Positions 42,801-54,896 of a DNA stretch of 64,000 bases are shown here, in pieces. Positions within the stretch are counted from its first letter, which is position 1; the number at the start of each line of letters is the position of its first letter. Location: assembly GCA_021613535.1 (NCBI GenBank), contig CP075496.1, positions 13,082,001 through 13,146,000 on the forward strand. The letters are read 5' to 3'. Source of the stretch: Adineta vaga (lineage: Eukaryota; Animalia; Rotifera). Under the pieces are notes generated by a model. It saw only the letters and a program-made list of their open reading frames with translations. It was not told the origin of the DNA and did not search any database. The translations under genes and the position numbers were made by a program.

Positions 42801-45800
42801 ATTGTATAGAAAGATATTTCAAATGATTTTCAACGGATTCTCTGTTGCTTCAATGATGATTTCATTATTTTCGTTACTGTTCTCTTCTCTACTTTATACA
42901 ACTTATATGAATATAGTTCAAAGTGATTAATCGTTCAATCCTCAAATGTAAAAAAACACTTCATGTACTTCTAATGCTTGAAGACAAACAGGTACCCGAT
43001 GCAAATCGAAAGAAAAAGACGAACAGAATAGAAGGGAAAAAAAAGAAATTAATTGTCTTGGAACTAGGAAGAATGTTTTGACAAAGTTGTCGCTTATATT
43101 CATTCTCAAGAGTCACATTAGTATATTCACTTTCAAGTGAAACGTACAAGAATTCAATCAAATGTGTAAATTTCATCACACAGTTAACTCAAGTGCACTA
43201 CACATCTGTATTCTGTTCACATGTTGACTAATCTGATGTCATAATCTTCTTATCATCTGTGTCGAAATTCGTGATACTATCTACTTTTCACAAAGGCTTC
43301 TCTAATGTCGGTATTTTGTAAACTAAGAGTTAAAAAAAAGAAAGAACGTATTCGTATTCTCAATGAAATCGTAGAATGAATTATTTTGTTTTGTTTATGA
43401 ACAATTTCGAGGTATCATTTACAACTCATATCTGTTAGTATGTAAACTCAGACGAAGAGAAAAATACAGAATTGCCGTGTACAACAAAGCATATGATTAC
43501 GTGAACTATAAAGGAAAACGAAGATGAATGACATGAGAAAAGAAATGAAATTCATTTCATGTAAAATTACTTTAAAAAGTGTTAACTCTTGAAGTAATTT
43601 GTAGTCTAATTTATATTTTCTACTATTACATCATTCGATGATGGAATTAATTTTGTAATATACATATGTTGTGTCTGTCAATTCTAAGTGACTTGGTAAT
43701 CGATGTGTTCAAACGAGAACACGTCAATGATGAGAATGAGGATTAATTAATCTTTTCTGCAAGATGAGAGATATGGGTTTTTTCTTTGATAAGTTTATCT
43801 TATAGATGTATATATATATATTTATATATACAAACAAGAAAAAGACACTTACAATTTCTTCAATAGTCATCGTTTTGACCGTATTGCATATGCGTCAAGA
43901 GGAGTTGACCTATCTTTCTGTGTGAGTGTCTGTCTCTCTTTCTTTTTTTTTTACTTTCATAGTTACCCATACGTACGTACGTACGCACGTACACACATTC
44001 GTTGTTTGGACGATGTGAGAAAAAGAAAGATCGAATACTATTTCACGACAGATAATAAATAAGATGTCGTCGACACATAGAGCTTTAGAGAAAATGAAAG
44101 AGAAAGAGAAAAGAGAAATCAACACGCTTGTTCTTGTTCTTCTTCGTCATATCGTTACTACAGATTTTTTTCTTTCGTGATCATTGCAACTTTCTGAAGA
44201 GGATGTTTGATCAATAGGGTGTAGACAACAACCAACACCCATCAATAGAATATATAGTAAAGTTAATCAACCAAACAAGACCCTTCACAATGATGTTGAC
44301 CATAACGACGAGAACGCAATCGATGTGTCAATGTTTGATTGTCGTCTATATACCGTACGAAAGAAAAAAAAAGTTGAAATCTAAAGTATGTACAAGAGAA
44401 TATAGTCGAATAAGAAATAATAAAGCAATCAAACGAGAATGAATTACTAATATTGTTGCGACTGCTTGCTTTATTCCAAGGTGAGGACCTTGATGGAATT
44501 ATGATTGACTAGCAAGTTGATCAGGGCAGACATAAACAAAGTTAAGTGTATAGATCACCGAAAAGAAAACGTCAAGATTTGATTTTTTTTACAAAATGAA
44601 TAAAAATCACGATGAAAAAAAAAACGAAATTTTCCTCCAGATATTATTTATTCATGATCTGACTTCGAGCTTGATTAGTTCGATCTTTTTCTTTATATCA
44701 ATTGTGTTTTACTATTTTATTTAATATATTATTCTAATCATAGATAGGAAGAACAGTTTTTTTTCCGTTCATAACAAACCTGTTTCTGCCGATGGAAATA
44801 TGTTATATATTCGACAATTGGCAAGGGAATAAATGGAGAAATGATGAGCTTAATATTCATCTCAAGGTTGCTGCTGTTCTATCACGCTTAAAGCATAATA
44901 ATATTCATGATGATTGATCGACATCGATCGTTTTCTTTTTTGTTGAACAATTATCAACATAAACCTATTACATAACTTAGATACACATAACTCCACCTGT
45001 CTCTCTCTCCCTTCTTTTTTTCGCCGGAGGTCGTAGTAGTAACTGACCTTGTTTGCTTTCATATTTACATATAAGAGGAGACATTATATTATGTTAACCT
45101 TCAACTTACACTTACTTGCTTAGTTCAACACAATTTGGCAATGACATTATTCTCCATATCTCTTTTTTTTATTTCTCTTTCTTTCTCTCTCTTCCTCCTT
45201 TCACTTTTGTTCGTTCCTAGTAAAACGAACGACATAACTATTTAAAAAAATGAGCGCCATGTGTATATATATCGTTATAATGGATCGGACGTCTATTGTT
45301 TAACTACAAACAGTGTCATTGAACCAATAAATATTCATTATTCCGGCAAGTGACATTGACTTGATGCTTCTAATTCCAAAAAAGCTCTATAGACATCTAG
45401 GCACATATGTGTACACGCATGAAGTTGATGGGTTATAGGACGCCGACGCCGACAACTGCTGCTGTTCGTAGTTTAAGAAGATGTGCATATGGAATGATGT
45501 AATGATTCTCGTGATGCTATGCATGTATCATTACCCATATCTAAGGTCGAGCGCGTGCATGTATCCATCATTTTATTATTCTTCGATTAGAGACATATGC
45601 AGATAAAATCTTATCATCCTCGTTTGTAATTCCGTTTATAAACTACCTTGAAAAAGGTCGAATAATAAAATCGATCTTCATATATTTCTTACCATTAACG
45701 ATCATTGATTGATCATATTGAAATAAAAAAAAATTCCCTTATGATACTATCATAAAAATCAAAAGGAATGAAGAAATTTTTTTTTCTACTCTACATTCCC

Positions 45801-46492
45801 TGTGGAAATTAAATACAAACACATACATATTTGACAAAAAAGAAAGATAAAAAAATCAACTTTAGGTATATGTAAAATCATATTTTAAATCTTTTCATTG
45901 AATAAACTTAAATTTATTATCATATGAAATGAAGAAAGAAAACTTTCAAATATCAGTTATATTAAGATTAATGCATATGATTATATCGAGGTTGAAAAAG
46001 TACGAGATTCAATGAAATGAAATTACGAATAGCTTCTAATGCCGTTTTGATTATCTTTCAACAATTGTTTTCTTGACGAGCCTTGTAGACAAACCATACT
46101 GATATCGTTTATATGTAGATAAACTTCCCTTAGACAATGTCATTGAGTGATAAAATACTATATGTGATATGTATACTAGAAATATGTTGAATAACATTCG
46201 TCTACTCCATTTTCAACTTAAGTATTTTATCTACTTTGTTCTCTTTTTCTATAGTTATTATTATCATAAGTTCGAAAGCATGCTCAATTTTCTTTTTTTC
46301 AGATCTACGTCATTCTAATCTTCTTTTTCATTGTCATTACCATGAGCTTTTCATAAAGAATTCTCTCGAGTTTCATAATCAACAAGAAAAAAGATTTATA
46401 CAAAATAGATATATATATATATATATACATACAATAAAAACAAAACTAATGAGATTCTAAAAAAACAAAATTATCATTCGATGAAATACATA

Positions 46493-48034
46493 CTACAAAT
46501 TCATATCACAGTCATTCATTAACAATATTGATTGATCATGTTCGTTAGGAATATTCATTGATACTGAGAAATTATTGTCATCTAATAAAAGATTAGAATA
46601 GGATTTGATTGGTACATAATTCGGTTGTTTCGTTGATGTTGTTGAATCAGATGATGCAAGTGCAAAAAATTGAGAATTCGAAGAAAATGAAGAAAGAAGA
46701 GATTCATCTAGAGAATATATATTTATTTTCTTAATTGAAAAACAAGAATGTCCCTTACCGTTCATGTCAATTGATTCTGTATCAATCGGTACTGTTATAG
46801 TTTTTAAATAGTTCATTAAAACCAATCCACATGTTATAACAACAAATCCAACTAGACACGCAAGAATATCTACAAATGCTAAGAAACGCCATTCACGAAA
46901 AAGTATACCGGATGTAATTAGGACACATGTTGTAAATAGGACATAATAAACAGTTGTTACAATTGGTGTTGAAAATATATCTAATGCTTTATTGAGATAA
47001 ACCATTTGTATAAAAATACAAGCGATAATGGTTATCGCACAGAAAAAAGTTAACCAAATGGAATATGTATGTTTATGTGTATAGAATTCTTTTAATCCTG
47101 TCGCTAAACCTTTGCATGCGGTAACAGTAAATGCGCCCAAAAGTGAACAGATTAAGATATATATAGAAACATATTGTGTGCCCAAACGAGGTGCATAATG
47201 GAAAATTAACAATAAAATAACACCACATGTAAACAATGAAAAAAAAAGAAATTCTAAACGAAATTAATGACCTATACCATGAGTAAGTGTTTTATTATGT
47301 CAACATACCTGCAGAGCCGATTCTTTCTGAAAAATCTAATAAAGAATTTACATCATTATCTTTTGGTGCATGAATAACAAGAATAATCGAGCCAGAAATC
47401 GTAAGAAGACAACCAATCTTACCAAGTGTACTTAAGTTTTCATTCAAAAATCGAACAGCCATAAGAGCACTACACAAATAAATATAAAATAATAAACGAA
47501 CGAAATAAAAATAATATTTTCATAGATAAATATACCTTACTAAGACTGACAGGGCACCAAGTGGAGTAACGACTGATGCTGGAGCAAATCCATATGCTGC
47601 AAAATTGCATGCTTCTCCAATGCCCATTGATATAAGTCCAGCCCACCATTGAATTTCATAGAGATATCCAAAACCACCAGAGCCTATAACCGAAGAAAAC
47701 ATATTTCGTTTGCTAATCGATCACAAGAAATTTTTCTTAACCAACCAGCTCGAACAGATCCAATATGATTAGTTAACTTGAGTAAACCTTTCTTTTTCAA
47801 AATAAAACTTGAACCAATAAATAAACTGGATAAAAGTGCCAGTGAAATACCAATAGTAAATTTATGTGATTTTGCAGAATCAGTTGTTGGCATATTCAAT
47901 AATGTTGATGCTGCTATAACATTCGGTAAGCTATTTGTTCGAGTGAGTAAATCATTTTCTGAAAATGTAAGTGGTTCACTTGTTAAAAAGACCTCGAATT
48001 ATAAAAGAACATTTTTACTCGTTTCATTCTGCAT
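46493..48034 (-). CDS. NIPA2: NIPA-family magnesium transporter (NIPA2/spict-like)
   Basis: [24 protein letters not shown]; [46 protein letters not shown]; [16 protein letters not shown]; [14 protein letters not shown]; start MQNET at 48034 by manual splicing. Confidence 0.92.
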
Positions 48035-48558
48035 GATGTTCTGTGTGTTCTTACATCTAAAACTATAAATATTTTATACATCAGTCTGAAATTGAGTTAC
48101 GAGAAGTCAGAAAAATAAATCGAATTCTCGTTTCTTTTTCGTTCTGTTCTCATATGATATCCAATAGGTAACATGCCAATTGACTCAAAGAAACAATCCA
48201 ATAATGGCGTGATCCTTCGTTTTTTCTTTTTTTTATTTTCTCGTCTATAACATCGAAAAGAAAGAAAAAACAACGTCCAATGTTTGCACTCCATAATCAT
48301 CCCATCACCTGACAGAAAAGAATCTTAAGAATTGATGCAAAATTCAAGAGAGAAACAAAATAAAGTAACAAATGTATAAGCTGGAATAGTTGTTTGTCAT
48401 ATGAAAGAGAAAACAAAACTTTCCTTTTCTATTTATATGTGTGTTCAATAGTATCAAGAATAAAAAAACAACAACCCCAAAGAAAGGAAATGAACAGTAT
48501 CTCAATATGAGATATAGAGGAAAGAGGAAAGAGGAAAGTGGAAAAAAAGCAAAACTGT

Positions 48559-51500
48559 TTAACTTGTAATCGATGATTTCATATGGTCAGGTAATAAATT
48601 ATTCGTATATCGATTCCACATTTTTATAAAAAGTTCTTCTAAATATTGAGTATATAAAGTTGTATCAAATAATGGACTGGTTAAACGACGTGACCAAACT
48701 TTTGCTCGAATAGATTTCAAGTAGACTGGATCGACACCGAGACGGACAGCTATATTTTCATAATCATCATAAGATTCAGCGACTAATTCAGGACAACCAA
48801 TTGTATGTAACAAAGATGCACCAACTCGTGATGCCAATGTTTCTAGTGGAAGGGTAATCATGGGCGTACCTATTTAATTACAATAATATAAATATTCAAA
48901 CAATAGAGATAGAAAAATATGTATACAAACCTGCCCAAAGAACATCCATACCAGTTGTATGACCATTACATAATGGTGTATCGAGACAAATATCAGCTAA
49001 CTGACCACGTCGAACATGTTCTTCTTTGGGTGCAACATTGGAAAAGATTAATCGAGATGAATCAATACCATAGAGTTTTGCTGTTTGAATTAGATTTTCT
49101 TCACCTGCAATTGGAAAACGTAGCAGCCATAAAACACTTTTTGGAACACGTTTTAATATCTATAGAAATTTAATTGAAAAAAAAACAAAACAAATACTCA
49201 ACATGAATATACATTTAAACTTACATTACACCAACAACGGATTGTAATAGGATCAATTTTATATAGTTGATTGAAATTACAATAAACAATAGCATCATCT
49301 GGTAATCCATACTGTGTACGAGTAGTTAAAAGAACTGTTTGAGGAACTTCTTCACCTGTTGCTGCACGACTACTTGTCTATAACAGTAAAGAAAAATCAA
49401 TTGTTGAGAAAAGATTGTTTTTCAAAGAAATAATCTACTTGTAATGTTGTTGTACCATTCTGTGCGACAATTCCATTAATACTAACTTCATTATGTCCTT
49501 GTTGTAATAGTTGATGGACAACAGTTGCTTCTGGTAATTCAACTAATGGGGTAATTACTTCTTCTTTACATTGATCTGTACTTGTTTTACCATTCTCTTT
49601 ATCATCAATAGGTAAGACTTGAACTGTTATTGTCTATAAAGGAGAAAGAAAAATATTAATTATTGAAATTAGAATTCAAACAGTATGTATTTACCCTAAC
49701 GTCACTTCGCTCAAGTATGGGCTTTAAATTTGTACCATTAACAATGGATCGATTATCTACTGTAGTTATAGTATTATTACTATTATCATTATTAGTCGTC
49801 TGTTGACTTTCAACAATAACTGCTTTTTCTGTCATATGACGAAACATATTTGCATGATCACCAATGAAGAATGTATACGGCATATATGCAAGTTTTTCAG
49901 AATATTGTGATGATAATGAGAGCGGAGAAGTAATCTCATCTGTTATTAAATAATCCATATATGGGGCACCTGATGTGTTCGGATAGCCGAGCCACATAAC
50001 TTGAATTGGAGATGGACGAAAGGCAAAAATTTCATTTCGAGCACCGCGTGTATAACCATTGAGATTAACTAAGATATGAATTCCATCTGCATAAATACGA
50101 TCAGCCTAAAAATTAGTGAAACAAATAAAAACAAGAACATGATATTTCCTAATTTTTTCTTCTTTAAAGAATCCTACCGCTTGTCCATTGCATGTAAGAG
50201 ACGATAAATCAATAAAATGTTCTGCTTCACGTTGAATCTTTGCGCGAAATGCAGTGCCATCATCAGCACTTAATGAGTAACAAAATATTTCCACACGTTT
50301 TCGATTATGTAAACCCGGTATACTCTGCATTAAGTGTGCAGTCGGATGATTACAGAAATCTGAACTGACATAACCGATACGTAATCGACCATTATTTTCT
50401 TTTAAATCTTTTGAATGAACAAATGTCTTCTTATGTAATAATTGAATCTAAACATGATGTAAATAATACTTTAAAAGATTGTTTTTCTTTTCAAAATGAT
50501 AATAGTTACTCGTTCAAGACATAGAAGTGCATGTCGAGTTGCAATATTTCGTCGTTGTTCACCGGTTAATGGATATAACATACTATGATGTGGATGTACA
50601 CTTGGTAAACGATTTTTCTCTAATTGTTCTTGTACAATTGAACAGATTTTATTCAAACGAATATCATAATCTGACCAATCACAAATAATCTAAATAAAAC
50701 CAATGATAGATTTTTTTTATTAAGAACTAACAAATTTAATAGATCAAAATATACTTGTAAACAATGAGCTAGATTACAAAAGGCATCAGGAAAATCTGGT
50801 TTTAATTTTAAGGCAGTTTTATAGGATTGTATTGCATCAGTAATATTGCCAGTATCTTTATGTATTGAAGCTAAATTTGAATGTGCATCAGCAAAGGATG
50901 GATTTATTTGTATCGCACGTGTATAACATTGTAATGCACCTGTAATATCACCGATTTCTTTTAAAGTATTGCCAAGATTCGAATGTGCATCAGCAAACAT
51001 AGGCTGAATACGTATTGCTTCTTTATAATGATTCAATGCATCATGCAATCGACCTTGTTGTTGAAGAACGGATGCTAAATTTGAATGTGCTGCAGCAAAA
51101 TTTGGGAGAATATCTAATGCACGAGTATACAGATTAATAGCTTCATCGATTTGTCCTTGTTCACGACGAATATTTGCTAGATTATTGAGAGAATCAGCGT
51201 GTGTAGGACATTGACCTAACGCCATTTTATAGCATTCTTCAGCTTCAGAAACCTATAAAATAAAAGGAATGTTTAGCTAATCTTAGTGAGAAAAGAAAAT
51301 GCATGTGTTCATACTTTGCCTTGTACTTTTAATGCATTCGCTAAATTGCAGTAAGCATCAGGAAAATTTGTTTGTAATTGTATTGCGCGACGATATGTTT
51401 CAATTGCTAAATCGATGAGACTACACAAATAGAAATAAAATTATTAGAAATAAACTGTTTTATTATTGTTGTTGTTGTTTTTTAAATACCCCTGTTCATA

Positions 51501-52865
51501 ATAAACACATGCCAAATTGCCATGAACGATAGGATGATTTGTTGAAAGACTTAAAGCACGTAAATAAGCTGTTACAGCACTAAATGAAAAGGTCATATTG
51601 TTTTTAAGTAATATAATAAAAAGTTTATTTACCGATCAAATATTCGTGCTTCTTTCAAAACATTTCCCAGATTGATATGCGCATCGAGAAAATTTGGATC
51701 CAAAGCAACTGCCTATCAATTAAAAAAAGAGAAAACAATCATATGTATATATATATGAACAAATTAATTCATCTGAATAAACCTTTTCGAAATGATGAAT
51801 AGCCAACCACACTTCACCTTGACAATTAAATATACACCCTAGATTACTCCATGCAACAGCAAATGTTGGCTGAGTTTTAATCACTTTTAAATAACATTCC
51901 TATTAGGAAAAAAACAACAATTCTCGATTTTGTTCTATCATTGCTGATATTTACTTTTGCTTCTTCTAAATAACCAAGTGCTTTCAATAGATTTCCTAGA
52001 TCATTTCGAACACCATATAAATCCTAAAGAGCAATTTTATAGCGTATACAAATATTTTAAAATCTAATTAAATTTACTGGATTGTATTGTAATGCTGTTA
52101 GGTATGCACTAACGGCACCTTCCATATCTGAGTTAGCAATGAGAGCAGCTGCATAATTAATACTGAATAAGAAAAAAAAGATATTTTCGTTGAAATCAAT
52201 GACATCCAGTTAACATACTATCCATCAATAAAATCTGGTTTCAGTTGTAAAGCTTTTACATAATGATCTAGTGCTAAAGTCAGAAGACCTTTTTCTTTAT
52301 ATACATTGGCTAAATTAGAATGAGCTTCAGCTAGATGTGGATCAAGTTTTGTTGCCAATAGACTATATTCCATTGATCTAGAAATAAAACGAACACACAT
52401 ATAATACATTATATTATATTGTTATTATTATTTTTATTCACTGATCATAACGATGCATTTGAAAATAAATTGAACTAAGTAGAAGCAATAAACTTGTGTT
52501 ATCTGGTTCTTGCTGATATAATTGAAGACAATATTGTTCAGCACGTTCATAATTTCCATTTTGATAATCACGATTTGCACGATCAGCAATTGCTATGAAA
52601 ACAAATGACAATAGGCAATTTATATTTTAATAGAGTATTCATACTTTGAAAATCAAATACATTATTAGGAGAACGTATATAATTTGTATGTTGATGTTTT
52701 TGATTTGGACTGGATAGCATTGTCGATGACGATGGAACAATTTTCATAGGAGATGTATCCAAAGTTTCTATGAAAATAAACAATAAGATTACCTTTACAC
52801 GTCAATAAATTACATCATCTTCTACCAGTAGAATTATTCATCGTAACATGTGAAATAGGGCTCAT
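48559..52865 (-). CDS. OGT: O-GlcNAc transferase (TPR array + GT41 catalytic domain)
   Basis: TPRs ([31 protein letters not shown]); [14 protein letters not shown]; [18 protein letters not shown]; [11 protein letters not shown]; [11 protein letters not shown]; [19 protein letters not shown]; [11 protein letters not shown]. Confidence 0.97.
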
Positions 52866-53099
52866 AACTTGATGAGCTTCATTCAGAAATAAATCATTTG
52901 ATTGGTACAATAGATTAAATCTTCAAAACAAAAAAAACGACAATATTATGTAGTCATTCGTGATCACCTTGTCTTGTCTCCTTCATAAGACTGAAGAAAT
53001 ACAAATTTATTAGTTGATATTATCAACAATATAGGAATGAAGCAATGAATAAGCATAAAATCAGCTGCTGGATAGATGTCACTGACGAACAGAAACATA

Positions 53100-54120
53100 T
53101 TAAAAGATTAGACACAGGATTTGAATGATAAACCATATTGAGGTGTTTTCCTGGCATCGGATTACGATTTTTTAAAAATATAGGAATTCGAATAGGATTC
53201 AATTCTTCTAAAACATAGGATTTTTCATAGAAAATAAAAATAATACAGGATTTATTAAACCGATTGATTCTAATTGAAAGTTTAATAATGATGACATAAG
53301 TGGACGGGAATTTTCACGGATAGAATGAATGTAAGTAGCTGGACGTCATCAAACATACCTAACTTCTTTTTACAAGAATGATAGATTGATTTCGGTTTAA
53401 TGAATAAATTCAATTAGTTCCAATATGTACTCTAAAACGTTATCTCTGATTCACTAACGTTTTCTTTCAGCAAAATCCAGGTAGCAATTGCATCAGGACT
53501 TGCTTAATTCTTCTTCATAGAAACTGTTTGTAAAATATGAGTAAGACATTACTTTACGTAATTTTCACTGATTAATTTACGTTTTGCGCTCCTTCACTCC
53601 GCACACCGTTCAGTCAAGTTTTGTTGAAAGTAATCAGTAAAGTATGAACATAAGCTAAAAGACAACTAAGGAAACAATTAAATCTTCGAAAACGGTTTCT
53701 TTGAAACGATCAAGCCTTTCATTTACTTCCTCCTCCGTATTATAAGTTCCTGTCTTAGAAGCTTCCTTTTGAAATTTCAATTTGTCAACCGTACGCGAAG
53801 ACCACTCACTTTAAAAACGCGACTTTTTGTTGGAAGCCGTTATTAGTTTTTTCAAAGTAAAATTTGAAAAATAAGATACTTTTAAGGTAGAAAAGAGTGC
53901 TACGTTCTTTGTTGATCATACTTAGATCTGAAAACGTCTTTGATAATCACTCGAAAAATCTTCCCAATAGTTCTGAAAACATTGCTAAATAAAGTTTTGA
54001 AAAAAGATCGTAGGATATATTGGAGACCTTTACTAAAAATCTGGAACGCTTCTCATATAAGAAGTTCATGAATTTTATAAATCTGATGAGGAAGATTACT
54101 AACACAGGAAGTCCGTCTGC
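53100..54120 (-). pseudogene. Possible decayed gene or transposon relic
   Basis: Protein-like segments with in-frame stops (RF*SEWSSRTVDKLKFQKEASKTGTYNTEEEVNERLDRFKETVFEDL; SMKKN*ASPDAIATWILLKEK), one intron-like GT..AG of ~57 nt, and clustered (C/T)AGGATT repeats at 53115-53255. Confidence 0.3.
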
Positions 54121-54896
54121 AAAGTGTTAATTTTTGCAAGATTCTGTACTATCAAAGAGACAATACAATATTTTCTATCTTTGAAATCTTCTATCACCGA
54201 TGGAAATAACAACACAATTAAACCATTCTTAATACAGATATTTTAGGGGGGGAAGAAGGGATCTGACTAAAAAAAGTTATCATTACAAATTTATAGACCT
54301 CATCGAGTATCGGGAGCTAGGATATCCTACGTCTGAAATAGTTGGTAATGGTAACAAACGGGAACGCTAGCGGTAGATTTTCAGATACTATATTCAGTTA
54401 TGTTACTGTTTTACTTGTATTAAGAATACTAATGTATGCTTTCGTGTCTTCTGATCATTTACATTTGTTCGTTATGAATATCATAGAAAGTCTTGTATTG
54501 AATCTTAAAATCATTATAAAAAGGTAATAAACATGTTCGCATTTTTTATTTTGCACGAACTATACGATATTGATTCCATATAGCGATATCTACAGCACGT
54601 TTGACAAGTGATTGAATCAAGCTCATAAAATTCAGCAAAAGTTAGCACAGATTGTATTTTAACTGTTATGACACGCATGCGGAGAAGTATAGATAAGATA
54701 TATGATACGTCTAATGTACAAGTGTCCGTCTCACTTTCAAAAGATTTTCTTACGCAATCTACACAACAATGAAAATTGTTTTGCCCGAATAAAATAAAAA
54801 ATGTATAATCAGAATACAACTACAATAAAATGTATTATTTTCGAATAACAAAAAAAGAATTTACAGCTAAAGTTTTGTTCTTTTCATTGATCGAAC

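Noticed and set aside
44210-44383. About 58 open codons on the + strand (RQQPTPINRIYSK...)
   Set aside because: No start codon or partner exons, and the length is within chance
37900-45100. Many 60-140 aa ORFs in the gene-poor region (e.g. 38198-38626)
   Set aside because: Translations of GA/CT/T-rich low-complexity DNA (F/L/S or K/R/E biased), with no domains or consistent exon chain
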